The notes under the pieces were generated by a model. It worked only from the letters and a program-made list of their open reading frames with translations. It was not told the DNA's origin and made no database searches. Below are positions 36,700-50,624 of a stretch of DNA of 64,000 nucleotides, in pieces; position 1 is the stretch's first letter; every line of letters begins with the position of its first letter. The DNA is from Octopus sinensis (lineage: Eukaryota): positions 8,600 through 72,599 of the forward strand of contig NW_021831851.1 in the NCBI RefSeq assembly GCF_006345805.1, in the 5' to 3' direction. The position numbers and the translations under genes are program-made.

Positions 36700-37703
36700 G
36701 CGTACATAATTGTAGATATGTTATATGAATGTGTATGTGCCTACACATATGCATGTATGTATGTGTGGGTGTACACGCGTATTTATGTGTGTGCGTGCAT
36801 GTATGTATGTATATATATATGTATGTATGTATGTGTGTATGTATGTATGTATGTAAGTATGTATGGATGGATATGGATAGATAGACATAATACATATGCA
36901 TGTATGTATATATGTATGTGCATATATGTCTATATGTATCTCTCTCTCTCTCTCTCTCTCTCTCTTTATATAAATATATGTGTGTGAATGTGTGTGTGCT
37001 TGTGTGCATGCGTAGATGCGTTATATAAATGTGTATGTGTCTACACATATGCATCTATGTATGTGTGTGTGTGCGCGCGTATTTATGTGTGTGCGTGCAT
37101 GTGTGTATGTATGTATGTATGTGTGTATGTATGTATGAATGTAAGTATGTATGGATGGATATAGATAGGTACACATACATACATATGTATATATGTATAT
37201 ATGTGTGTGCATATATATCTATATGTATCTCTCTCTCTCTCTCTTTATATAAATATGTGAGTGAATGTGTGTGTGTGTGTGTGTTTGTGTGCGTGTGTGA
37301 GTATTGGATCCCATGGTCGAATTTTGAACTTCATTTTTAAAGTTTTCGTCAGCAGTAGGCTATGACAAAAATAAAAATAAAAATTAGAAGAAACTTAGCC
37401 AAGGTGTTGTATTCTAGAAACGAAACCCGAAACGTTTCATTGTGAAGCGACCGTTTTTATTCTTTCTTTCTTTTTCTACCAATCAGGTACCAGCCCGGTG
37501 TTTCAGGGTATACATCCTGGCCGACTTTGCCTTTCATCATTTCGGGGTCGATAAATTAAGTAACAGTTACGCACTGGGGTCGGTGTAATCGACTTAATCC
37601 CTTTGTCTGTCCTTGTTTGTCCCCTCTGCGTGTAGCTCCTTGTCGGCAGTAAAGAAATAAGTATACATCCTGGAATAAGAACAGAACTCACAAACTGCGT
37701 GCA

Positions 37704-38070
37704 TCTCTTTTACTTGTTTCAGTCATCTTGACTGCGGCCATGCTGGAGCACCGCCTTTAGTCGAGCAAATCGACCCCGGGACTTATTCTTTTGTAAGCCC
37801 AATGCTTATTCTATCGGTCTCTTTGCCGAACCGCTAGGTGACGGGGACGTAAACACACCAGCATCGGTTGTCAAACAATGCTAGGGGGGCAAACACAGAC
37901 ACACAAACACACACACACACACATATATACATATATACGACAGGCTTCTTTCAGTTTCCGTCTACCAAATCCACTCACAAGGCACTTGCCCAAGATGCCA
38001 CGCAGTGGGACTGAACTCGGAACTATGTGGTTGGTTAGCAAGCTACTTACCACACAACCACTCCTGCGCC
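37704..38070 (-). mobile_element. SINE family A
   Basis: Reverse-complement match to family A with a small internal deletion. Confidence 0.9.
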
Positions 38071-38334
38071 TTTTCTAAACGCAATATTCAAAGAAAGTAT
38101 TATTTAAACGTATGTGATAACCAATACAGCCCCAGATATCTTAACCTTAGAGGTTGAATGTCGAATAACATTTCAATAATTGCCGAAATGTTAATAGTAA
38201 CTTAACGTATCAAATTGCGAATATTTATTATCTTTCTTTTCCGTTGCCAGCGGAAAGTAATACGACGTTTTGATCGAGTGTCGTTATCTGGTCGTGTTGT
38301 TATATAATTGACCAAAGTGGTTTTAATTTGTTAT

Positions 38335-38558
38335 TGTTTGTTCCTTCTCGAGCCACGCCTGGCTCATACAGCCGGTTTCCCGGTTTCCTTGGCGTATAGG
38401 TTCTCCGTCGCAGGAAAGAGTGAGAGACAGTTGTGGCGAAAGAGTCAGCAGATGTTCGTCATTACCTTCTGCCGGAGCCGCGTGGAGCTTAGGTGTTTCG
38501 CTCATAAACACACACATCCCTCGACCACGAGTCCGCTTCTCGAACTACTAAGCCATTT
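38335..38558 (-). mobile_element. SINE with B-type body and tail X
   Basis: The tail gaaaccgggaaaccggc..atgagcc.ggc.tggctcgagaaggaac is shared with 54780-54827. Confidence 0.65.
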
Positions 38559-39111
38559 CCGTCCTGGTTTTAATTTACTACGATTTAAATATCATGTAAC
38601 ATCAATTTCGATTTCTTTATTTTTTTTTCGCATGTTTTACTCATTCAACAGCTGCCATGCCCGAAGGCTTACAGCCTAACAAGTCGACCTCTGTACTTTC
38701 CGTTTATTTTAAAGGTATGGTAGTTATTCTATCATCACCTCTGCCGAATCTCTAGTTTACAAACACATAAATAAATCAAACACACCAGTCTTCAATCAGT
38801 GCTGGTTGTGGTGGTGGGACTAACACAAACACAAATACTCGCACACATCTGTGTGCGTTTATATATATATATATAGATATATATACATACATACATACAT
38901 TAATAATAGTAGGAATATAAAATTCCAAACTTACAGGGAAAAATTCAATTTTAGAATAATATTTATTATAATTTATTAAAATTTTTTCTATATGATTTGA
39001 TATAGATAATATCTTTCACTATCAATTGGATTACTTAATAGAGGTTATTTCTCTTAATGATGTATATATATATATATACTTTATTTAAAGCAGCATAAAA
39101 TTCAACAAAAT

Positions 39112-39149
39112 CTGTTACTCTGAGTTTCTCGTTACCGTTCATCAGACAG
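39112..39149 (-). ncRNA. Minimal HHR
   Basis: Minus strand: ctgt-CTGATGA-acg(gtaa)cga-GAAA-ctcagag-TA-acag. Confidence 0.75.
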
Positions 39150-39175
39150 TTTTTGCTAGAAAAAACTAGCAAAAA

Positions 39176-39213
39176 CTGTCTGATGAACGGCAACGAGAAA
39201 CTCTGAGTAACAG
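39176..39213 (+). ncRNA. Minimal HHR
   Basis: ctgt-CTGATGA-acg(gcaa)cga-GAAA-ctctgag-TA-acag. Confidence 0.8.
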
Positions 39214-39316
39214 ATATTTTTGAATTGTCTGCTGCTTTAAATAAAGCATATTACTCTACCACTGGTATTTGAGTACTCTTTTTTTCCACCTTGTTTCACA
39301 TTTATGTGTTTACTCC

Positions 39317-39365
<49 letters not shown>

Positions 39366-39439
39366 GGGGGAGAGAGAGAGAGAAATCAGCGTAAAGTGTT
39401 TTGCTAGTGGAATGAGTTTTCATCACTAGTTTGTGATTA

Positions 39440-39486
39440 ACACACGATGAGGATGCGTAACCACCCAGAAACACGAGTCCGTGTGT
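39440..39486 (+). ncRNA. Decayed HHR (CUG apparently deleted)
   Basis: acacacg-ATGA-ggatg(cgtaac)caccc-a-GAAA-cacgag-TC-cgtgtgt, inside a ~260-bp island between microsatellites. Confidence 0.5.
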
Positions 39487-39646
39487 ATCACGTTAGGGTA
39501 GGGATGGGAGCGATGACCTCCCCTCGCAAATACTTATCAAACAAAGAATGTGTGTCTTTATCCAGCTGGAGGCGATGTCTTCTTGGGTCTATAAACGCCA
39601 GTAACACTGTCCTGTATAGGACGTCACACCTGGTTGTTATATGTTG

Positions 39647-39695
<49 letters not shown>

Positions 39696-39834
39696 ATATA
39701 TACATACATACACACTGTACATTTAAACACAAGAGAAAACTGCCCTTGAAGGTAACTTTTAGACACACAAACACACATATATATATATACATATATATAT
39801 GTATATATATATATATATATTATATATATATATT

Positions 39835-40727
39835 CTAGCATTAAAGACCCGTCGTTGCCGGGTCATAGTGCTAGTGCATGTATATATGTGTATATATATG
39901 AGTACATATTACATGTACATCTATATATATACATCTACACATAAAATACAAAATACAAAGTTAAAACTTGATATCGCTAGTGATAACAATACTCAAAATA
40001 TATAACAGACTGGAATTGTTAGCTCGCACCAAGACACTTTTCGAAGGTGCTTTCCTCCATATGTTCAAATCTTCTTTTTTCTCTACATTGTATACTTTAT
40101 AGACAATAGTCTTTTCTTTAATTTAATTTTTTATTATTCCATTTCTGCACGCTAATTTTATTTTTAATTTATTCCCATTCATGTGAAACCACTTGTTCAA
40201 GTCATTGATGCAATTTTATACCAATTGCTATTTTTACTTTTGTTATGTTACTTTAGTTTGATTTTTATTATTACTAACTACATATAATTCAATTGTTATC
40301 ATTATTTTTATTGTTAAAGTGAAAGTATCTGACATAAAATAGAGAAATGTTTTTGTTTCACTTTTAACACGTAATACTGAAATAGTGGAGAAGATATGAT
40401 ATTGCTATGGGCTCGCTCTAGGCAAGAAGTTGAACATTTTTTTTTGCCCATGAAACTACATGGACCCTAAGTAAGGCATGTGTAAAATTTGAATGAAATT
40501 GGTTGTGTAGTTCTCAAGTTTTAGGGAATCGTAGTGGAGAAGATATAATATAGCTGTGGACTCGCCCTAGGCAAAAAGTTCAAAACATTTTTTTTTGCCG
40601 ATGACACTCCCCGGACCCTAAGTAAGGCATATGTCAAATTTGAATGAAATTGGTTGTGTTCTCAAGTTTTAGGGAAACACACAGACAGACAGGCAGACAC
40701 ACATTCTCAGTTTTATATATATAAAGA
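39835..40727 (-). mobile_element. Non-autonomous Helitron with a 149-bp internal duplication
   Basis: The minus strand starts TCtttatatata and ends gacccggcaacgacgggtc..CTAG. Duplicated units start at 40383 and 40532. Confidence 0.8.
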
Positions 40728-40874
40728 TATATATATAGAGGGCATTATACATACATGCCAGAGGGCATTATACATACATGCCACACGCTAAGAGGGACAA
40801 TTAGTCATTTCTACCAAAAATATTACTAATCCCACCGAATGCAATTTTTCAAAGTAAGACATTTAAAAAATATA

Positions 40875-40920
40875 GACCTGTATCACAGTGATTTCATACT
40901 TACGTATTCATCAGCAGGCC
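40875..40920 (-). ncRNA. Type I hammerhead ribozyme, fully canonical core
   Basis: Minus strand: ggcctg-CTGATGA-atac(gtaa)gtat-GAAA-tcactgtga-TA-caggtc, within a terminus at ~40737-40985. Confidence 0.88.
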
Positions 40921-41744
40921 TGAATGTATCGTAAATAAACGACCCCGCCCCGCCTAAGCCGATCAGCTAACTGATCAACATCAGATATATAAAGATATAT
41001 ATATGTCTGTATGTGTATATATCTATATGCATGTCTGTATGTATGCACGTTTGTGTATGTGTGTGTGTGTGCGTGCGTATGTATAACATACTTCCACAGA
41101 GCTTCCGTCTATCGTATTTACTGACAAACCGTTAATCTGAGTGGGGCTGCTGGGCTACAATTAGAGAACACTTACCCGATGTGCCGTGCCGTTTAACCGA
41201 AACTAAAATCTCACGATTCCAAGCTGAGCTTTTCAACCGCATAGCCACGCCTGCGCCTACTTCAGAAACTCCACTTATCAGCTCGCTCAACATTTTGTTT
41301 TTTCTTTACTTTTTCCTCTCTTTGTCTTACGCTCTCTTTTTTCTTCTTTCTTTATTTCAATTGCGCTAAAAATACTAAAAGCTGAATATTAATTTCAAAC
41401 AGCACATACAAGCAAGTATTCCCCTCACTAAAATGTATTTAAACTTCATTTTCTCAATGGTACTTTCCAACACTTTGTTTGTAATTCCTAATTCTTCGTT
41501 ATTTCTACATGCACACCTGCTACCATCTTTTATCAGATAATGCTATATCCAGGTGTGATTCCATATCAAAAATTTTCCGAATATGAGTAATCAAAGAAAT
41601 CGTTATGCTTCTTTTTTTGAAAGCTTAGTATTTTCATGGGTAACAAAACAAACAGTATATTCTTTAAATCGTGCCAAGTATTCTGATATTGCAATCATAG
41701 ATTACACAAAAGCACAACACCATTTTAAGATAACGGAAGCACTT

Positions 41745-41820
41745 TTCAGAGTATATATAATATATATATATCATACATACACACTTAAAAATATATATAC
41801 ATATATACACTCTCCAGAGT

Positions 41821-41862
<42 letters not shown>

Positions 41863-42054
41863 TACATACACACTTAAAAATATATATATACATATATACA
41901 CTCTCCAGAGTATATATATATATATAATATATACATACACACATAAATATATATATATATATATATATATACATACACACATAAAATATATATATATATA
42001 CACATATGTATGTATACATATACAAATATATGTATATGTGTAGATATATGTTTG

Positions 42055-42119
<65 letters not shown>

Positions 42120-42495
42120 GCTTCTGTATGTGAGTGTACCTGTGTATGTATTCATGTATATATGTAGGTTTGTACTATGTATGTATGTATATATGTATGT
42201 ATGTATATATGTATGTATGTATGCATGCATGCATGCATGCATGCATGTATGTATGTATGTATGTATGTATGTATGTATGTATGCATGCATGCATGTATGT
42301 ATGTATGTATGTATGTATGTATGTATGTATGTATGTATGTATGTATGTATGCATGCATGCATGCATGCATGCATGTATGTATGTATGTATGTATGCATGT
42401 ATGTATGTAGGTTTGTACTATGTATGTATGTATGTATATGTATGTATGTAGGTAGGTAGGTAGGTAGGTAGGTAGGTAGGTAGGTAGGTACGTAT
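41745..42495. repeat. Compound microsatellite (TA, CT, TATG, CATG, TAGG)
   Basis: Direct reading of the sequence, which also shows local higher-order duplications. Confidence 0.95.
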
Positions 42496-43146
42496 GTATA
42501 TTTATTGAACACGGTGAGCTGGCAGAATAGTTAGTGCGTCGGAAAAAATGCTTTGCGGTATCTTCCCACATATTGAAATTCTGAATTCTAATCCTACTCA
42601 GCTCCATTTTGACATTTATCCCTTCCAGGGTCATTAAAATTAAGTACCTCTCAATTAATGGAGTTTTTGGTCTTATGCCTACATTAGAAAGAAGTGGAAA
42701 TTCTACTTCAACGAGTAATACAGAGCCGGTGGTGGGTAAGAGCGATGATGTATTTCTAGTTGGACATATGCATAAATGTGGCAGGTATGCTTATATAAAT
42801 GTTCACTAACTTTATCTGTAGAGACGCACACGTTTCCGTAAATGTGTAGTTTCGTATATCCGCAAGGTAAGAAATGTCTGTATCTATGCATACATCGTAT
42901 CTCTCTCCCTGTCTCTCTCCCTCTCTCTCTCACTCTCCTCCCTCTTTCTCCCTTCTCTCTCTCCCTCCTCTCTCTTTCTCACGCACATATACACACATAC
43001 ACACATACACACACAAACTTTCTTTTTTATCTTTAAATCTATGTGTGTGCTTATGTATACAAATATATATATATATGTGCGCGCGTGTGTGTGTACCTTT
43101 ATGAGTATACACATACCCACACACGCACACACACGTACACACACAT

Positions 43147-43200
<54 letters not shown>

Positions 43201-44134
43201 TCACTCATCATTGCCCGTTTCTTCCACTTCCTTCTTCGCTTTTTCTCCTGTTTCATAACTACGACCATCTTCTGCTGTTTAATCATCATCACCACCACTA
43301 TCACCACCACCACCACCGCCACCACCGCCACCACCACCACCACCATCTTCACCTTCTCCGATTTCCTCAATTATTTTATCTCCTTCTTAGTCGTCTTTTC
43401 AATCACTTTCTGGTTTTCGGCGCCGGATAACCGGATAAATAACCATTTTTTATTATTTGGCTCCGCGCTCCACTGATTACGGCTATATATGATTGCTGTT
43501 TATGACTTGTAAGCCAGGACAATTGTCTTTTATTAAATTAAACAAATACTAAATTATGATAGCTTCATCTTGTTTTGTTTTTATCTTGCCCTAACTCTAC
43601 TTCTCTTCTCTTCTTCTTCCTTTTTTTCTTTTCTCATTCTTCTTTTTCCTAATATTCCTTTTTCGCTTCCTCCCACTTCTCTTCTTTTTCTCCTTTTTCT
43701 TCTTTCCCTTCCCTTTTTTCTCCTGCTCCTTCTCGCCCTCCTTCTCTTCTTTTTTCATCTATTTCTTCCTCCTCGCTCCTCCTCTGCACCTTCTCCTCCT
43801 CCTTCTTCCTTCTACTCTTCATTCTCCTCTCCTTCAAAACTTACCTCATACTATTACTCTCTGTTATTCTATTTCCTCTATATCTTCGTACCTTGATTCG
43901 TCTACCTCGTCGTCTACTCCCTCATTAACTGTATTCAACTTCTTATTCCCAGCATTCAACTCCCCCATACCAAGATAATCCTAAATAAGATATAATTATA
44001 CCTTACCCTCCAGACTTAACTCTATAGATCTTACTCTTATAGCTATGTCCAATGACATTGTACTTAACGCATCCCATTCATAAAAAGGACTCAATTTTAT
44101 AAATGGTACTTCTGTTCCGTTTTATATTCAGTAC

Positions 44135-44520
44135 TTCTAGCCCGAAGACACAAGGCCCAAAATTTTGAGAGGAGGAACCAGTCGATTAGATCGACCCCAG
44201 GACGCAACTGATACCTAATTTATCGACCCCGAAAGGACGAAAGGCAGATCAACCTCGGCGGAATTTGAACTCAGGACGTAAAGACAGACGAAATACCTAT
44301 TTCTTTACTATCCACAAGGGGCTAAACACAGAGAGGACAAACAAGGACAGACAAACGGATTAAGTCGATTACATCGACCCCAGCGCGTAACTGATACTTA
44401 TTTAATCGACTCCGAAAGGATGAAAGGCAAAGTCGACCTCGGGCGGAATTTGAACTCAAAACGTATCGACAGACGAAAAACAGCTAAGCATTTTGCCCGA
44501 TGTGCCAGCTCACGGCCTTA
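44135..44520 (-). mobile_element. SINE family C dimer
   Basis: Two ~183-bp units matching 10160-10550. Confidence 0.85.
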
Positions 44521-44621
44521 GCTTTATATATAATTCAGCCAACACATATGTATATATATATATGTATATATATTATATATGTATATATATATATATATAT
44601 ATATGTACACCCCCCCCCCAC

Positions 44622-44658
<37 letters not shown>

Positions 44659-44732
44659 CGGACTTCTTTCAGTTTTTCGTCAGCGAAATCCAGTCACAAG
44701 GCTTTGGTCGGCCCCAGGCTACAGTAGAAGAC

Positions 44733-45095
44733 TGTTAATGCGTGGTGTTTTTTTTTTTGCGCAGCTATAATGTGTGGCCGCTGTGGTGACTATAGCTGTT
44801 ATATCTACTCTAGTAGCCATGATATTTTGTTAATATCGGATAGAGTGTTTCTCTTCTGTACCGGAATGGTAATACACCACTCCGTTTAACGGGCTATCGC
44901 TGAGAGCTCTACAAAACACCGAATTTGAACCGTCTACTTTGACTATGACTCAAACAGAACTATAAAACATAACTAACACATAACTCCAACTGAGAACTTG
45001 TACAACAAGTGACACACGACTCTCTGTACTGGTTGACGTCGTCTCAGTTCATACCACTTGTCCCGTGAGAGAGGTGTACCATTTCCACTACAACA
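44733..45095. mobile_element. Solo LTR inserted in a family A SINE
   Basis: TGTT...AACA termini with a 5-bp TSD aagac (44728-44732) / aagat (45096-45100). SINE halves lie at ~44655-44732 and ~45101-45180. Confidence 0.65.
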
Positions 45096-46616
45096 AAGAT
45101 ACGTATAAAAAGTGCCATACAGTAGGACTGAACACAGAACCATGCGGTTGGGAAGCAAGCTTTTTACCACACAGCCATATTTATATGTACATTCGAAAAT
45201 GCTTTTACTGAAAAATTCATTGTGTGATTTATTCACATTTTACTAACTTACGCCTAATTCTGAAGACCTTGGCCACACTAGAATATTTGAAAACATTGAT
45301 CGAGCTGGAAAGTTCACTGTCTGACGGGTCCAACGATTAACTACCGAAACCTCGTAGTCAAAGTCACTTCCTGTAAACATGCATATCATTACTCAGCGTT
45401 TAAATATTGAGTGCCTCTCCCTTGAAAGCTTCATTGTGTTTGTGTATATTTATACACGAGCAAAACGCTCCCCGTCCAATGGACGGTGCTGAATCATATC
45501 TGCTGAATAAAAAGCAATCAGTGTTTTCTTTTCATTAAAAAATAATTAAGCATGCCTTTATTTCACTAAACTTTTTAGCTTTGTTAAAGAAGTTAAGGCA
45601 ACAAAAGAAAGCTTCTTGAGGAACCAAATAGTCTTTCTTTCCCTCATGCTAAGTTTCAAGAAAATATTTCTTTTATATCATACTTTTTTGGTCTCTTAAA
45701 TATACTGCATTTTGTGGCATTATTTCTATCCAGCCGACTTTTTTGCGCAAACTGCACGTGCATTTTTCTCGCGCACGCCTAGTATCGATCGCAACAGCTG
45801 ATGTACTTGCACGTACAAATGCACGTTCTCACGGCTTTATCGATCGTATTCTCACCTGGAATAGATTTTTGTAATTTTTTCAAGACTTGTACACGCCCTG
45901 ATACCGTCGGTATCTACATATCAAATTTGAGCACAATCGGATGGAGGATGCCCAAGATCCTAGAAGATACACACACAGAGACAGATAGACCGGATTTTAC
46001 ATAATAGATAAACCAGATATATCAATGTACTCTTATTAACAGTTTAAATGTGCTTGTGGTACGTTCGAACACGCAAACAAGCCATACACTGTTTTGGCAT
46101 GGAGACAATTTCTCGCTGTAGACAAATGGTGTAAATATACTTAGTATGCTTCATCTTTTACTTTTGTCACTGAACTGCTGCCATGCTGGGGCACTGCCTT
46201 GAAGGATTTAAAAGATCGAATCGAAGTCAGTGATTATTTTCAAGTCTAGTACATATTCTATCGAAATATTTTGCTGAACTATTTAAATACGGGTACGTAA
46301 AAACCGATTTTCAAGCGCTTTTGAGTGGCGGTAAAAACTCGAGCACGACATATTTCACAACTCTCACACAGTTTCTATAAACCAAATTAAAATACAAGGC
46401 ATGCGCTAGCTCGAGACTCTTGTAAAAGGCATTTGCCCAAGGTGCCGCGCAGTGGGACTGAAACGGGAAGCCATACAGATGCTAAGCAAGCTTCTTAACC
46501 ACACAGCCATGCCTCTATCTCTCTCACTTTGTAGCTCCATTTCTCTCTCTCTCTCTCCAACTTTCTCTTTCTTTCCATCTCTCTCTTTCTCTCCGTACGC
46601 ACACACACACACATTC

Positions 46617-46955
46617 TGAGACCCCCTTTAGTCACGACACTGATCATGGGATTGCACCTAGAAAGTTACCCACCCAGGCACAAGTCCGGGCAAGTTTGTT
46701 TATGGAAGAGCAACAGTCGCCCATGCATACCGGCCTCCCCTCTCCAAGCCACCAGTGTAATCCAAGGGAAAGGCAATGGGGCCGATACAGCTTGGCACCT
46801 TTGACGTCGCAACTCACTCCTACAGCTGAGTGAACTGGAGCAACGTGAAAAAAAGTGTCTTGCTCAAGAACACAACACGTAGCCCGGTCCGGGATTCGAG
46901 CTCCGAACCTCAAGATCGTGAGCTCGACGCTCTAACCACTGAGCCATGCGCCTTC
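46617..46955 (-). mobile_element. SINE (D-type head, tail Y)
   Basis: Homologous to 29465-29785. Confidence 0.85.
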
Positions 46956-47559
46956 ATACACACACACATACACACAGGTATAAAGGCTAGCAGGCGTAAA
47001 CTTCGAAGTTACTGTCTCCAGTTTATTGTAAAAGTACAATTGATATGTACTACATAACATGCACTGAGTAATCTTTCAGTATTAATGGAAAAGTGGTTTT
47101 AACATAACACGACATGAAAACAAACATAAGTATATAAATACACATGTAAGTTTGTGTATGTGAGTGTGTGTGCGTTTGTGTGTGTCTGTGTGTCTGAATA
47201 GCTAATTTGGAGTAAACGTACGTATACATATTCATGTAGGATTTCATTACAATATGGTCCACAATTCGCTAAATTCATTAAGTTAAAAATAACAAATCAC
47301 CAATTAAAGAAATCAATAACGCTTAGTTATCATTCAAATTGATATCTATTTCACTAGGTCATATCCAGATGCACATCAATACAGAAGCGCTACTGCGCAT
47401 GCTCGCTTACTCATTCTGGCTTTGCTCGAATAATTGTTGCGCACGCACTAAGTAGGACAAACACTTGTACGTACGTACGTACATACGTACACACGTACAC
47501 TCACACTCTCATGCGGACACAAACACACAAACATATACATGTATCTGTACATAAACACA

Positions 47560-47762
47560 GACATATAACTATATAAATATATAATGTAATATATAGGTAT
47601 ACATAAAAGAATATATATATATATATATATATGTATGTAAGCATATATATATATACACATATCTATATACGTATATATAAATATATATATGTATGTATAT
47701 ATATATATGTATATATATATGTATATATATATGTGTGTGTGTATATATATATATAGATATGC

Positions 47763-47801
<39 letters not shown>

Positions 47802-47985
47802 ATCTATATACATATATATATATATATATCCTTAAATCCTTAAAAATGTTTTAGCCCGAAGGCCGCAGCCATGCTGGGGCAACACCGCTGAATGAGCTAC
47901 ACGTATATACACACACACACATATAGATATGTATAAGCGTATGTTTGTGCTAATATGTTATATATATATATATATATATATTATA

Positions 47986-48018
<33 letters not shown>

Positions 48019-48123
48019 CATATAATATATATATAATTTGTAGTATATATACATTATATATATATATATATACATATATATAATATACATATATATATAT
48101 ACATATTATATATAATATATTAC

Positions 48124-48172
<49 letters not shown>

Positions 48173-48238
48173 CTATATATATATATATATACATATTATA
48201 TATATATACAATATATATAATATACATATTATATATGC

Positions 48239-48269
<31 letters not shown>

Positions 48270-48277
48270 ACATACAT

Positions 48278-48327
<50 letters not shown>

Positions 48328-48384
48328 CAATATATATATATACATTATATAATATATATATATATACAGAATATATATACAATC

Positions 48385-48417
<33 letters not shown>

Positions 48418-48503
48418 ATAGATAATATATATATATATAATATATACATATATATATATATATATATACATATATATAATACATATATATATATATTATA
48501 TAC

Positions 48504-48568
<65 letters not shown>

Positions 48569-48711
48569 CTATACATATATAATATATACATTATATATAT
48601 ATTATACATATTATATATGTATGTATATATATGTATGTACATATATATATATGTATATATACATACATATATATATACATATATATGCACACAGAGATAC
48701 ACAGATATACG

Positions 48712-48735
<24 letters not shown>
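47560..48735. repeat. Long degenerate (TA)n tract
   Basis: Direct reading. A small SINE-tail fragment lies at ~47830-47890. Confidence 0.95.
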
Positions 48736-48742
<7 letters not shown>

Positions 48743-48910
48743 TTGTGTTGTGTAGGTTTGCGACCACGCATATATGCGTGCAGAGGCACATTAACAACCA
48801 GTGGCAACAAAGATGAAACGCGAGCCGCTACATGTATTGGAATAAAATGAACATATTAGCATAAACATACGCTCCATATATGTGTGTGTATGAATATATG
48901 TATATATATG

Positions 48911-48967
<57 letters not shown>

Positions 48968-49483
48968 TATGGATATGTATAAGCGTATGTTTGTGCTAAT
49001 ATGTTCATTATGTTCTATATATATATATACATACATAGAAATATGCGCATAAATATACATAAACAGGCCAACACATAGAAACGAAAACAGCCATATTTAT
49101 TCAAAAAAAGAACGTCCCTGACAGATACAGAAGTAGTAAGACCTGAATTTATATAGAAATACAATTACATACAAATGTGCAACTACAAGTACGTACGAAT
49201 TCATACATTGGCAGAAGCAATAATTTATATAAATATAATTAAAAATTCGTAAATGCATATGTGCAGATGCGTATACATTATCAAAATTTCACACACACGC
49301 TTGCACAGAGACGCACGTATATATATATATATATAAGTATATACATATGTATATACTTCTGTGTATATACATATGTATATACATATGTATATACACAGAA
49401 GACAAAAGCAAATAATGAAATAAAGAAATATTCGGATTATATATACATAATATATATATATATATATATATATAATTATATAT

Positions 49484-49538
<55 letters not shown>

Positions 49539-49938
49539 ATATTATATATATATACACACATATACACATGCATATACACATACATACATTCATATATACA
49601 TACATAATGCATATATACATGCATATTTTATTTTTTCATTGGTTTCAGTCATTTGACTGCGGCCATGATGGAGCAAAGCACTGAAGGGTTTTCTAGTCCA
49701 AGAAATCGACCCCAGGCCTAGTACTTATTCTATCGGCCTCTCTTGTCGAGTTGCTAGGTTACAGGGACATAAATACACTAATTCCTGTTGTCCAACGGTG
49801 ATGTGGGGACAAATACAACACAGACACAAAGAGAAACACTGATGCATACACACACACACACACCATATATATATATATATGTATATATGTATATGTTGTG
49901 TGTGTATATATATATGTATATATATATATATATATTAT

Positions 49939-49977
<39 letters not shown>

Positions 49978-50001
49978 TCTATATTATATATATATATATA
50001 C

Positions 50002-50624
50002 CAATTGAGGGTAAACTTAATTAATTAATCAATTTCACCAAGTGTTCAGTATGTAAAAGGACCATTTAAGGCGAATTCAGAATATTACATTATATAATTA
50101 GGGCTTAGTAAAATAAATTACTTTGCCACATACTGAACTTAGTAGAAATAGCAGCCAAAAATAATTTTTCTTAGCATTTCTACTACTTAAAGAAAATTTC
50201 TCTCAGATAATGTTTACTCCAGACAGCTCACGAAGGTTTGGGGGTAAATACAGTAAAATATCACAAGTACATAGATCGTTTGAGTACGTCAACGTTTCAA
50301 GATTAGCCAAATAAAATCAGCATTTCTTTCGTCAGCTCAAAATTTCTTAATTTGGATTGGAACACTAAAAAGAAGGAACTTTACCTATCAGCGAACTTGT
50401 CGCTTCAGATGAACCACTCCAACTAAACAGTGTCACAAATTCAAAATGCGCAGGCGTAAAATTCTGCACTCCCCATTCACCCACGTGGTCTATCTAGCAA
50501 ACATTATATTTTAACGCGAGAACCGAGGCAGTATGACCGAGAGAAATGAATTATAATATCAACAATTGAGGGTAAAACTAATTAATTAATCAATTTCACC
50601 AAGTGTTCAGTATGTAAAAGGACC

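Larger units (their letters stand above)
39079..39320 (+). mobile_element. Fold-back terminus with two divergent HHRs
   Basis: Palindrome 39079-39246 around an A6 spacer (39160-39165), with a 3' extension to 39320. (TA)n lies on both sides. Confidence 0.85.

Noticed and set aside
43470-43530. Possible HHR: ctgattac-ggct..agcc-agga-caattg-tc
   Set aside because: Both core boxes are damaged and helix I does not pair, so it is at most a fossil.
45780-46009. Fourth Helitron on the minus strand
   Set aside because: The 5' end resembles the other Helitrons, but I found no convincing 3' hairpin plus CTAG.
47330-47450. Promoter or exon candidate with an NRF1-like tgcgcatgctc motif
   Set aside because: It is a single imperfect motif with no CpG island or linked ORF.
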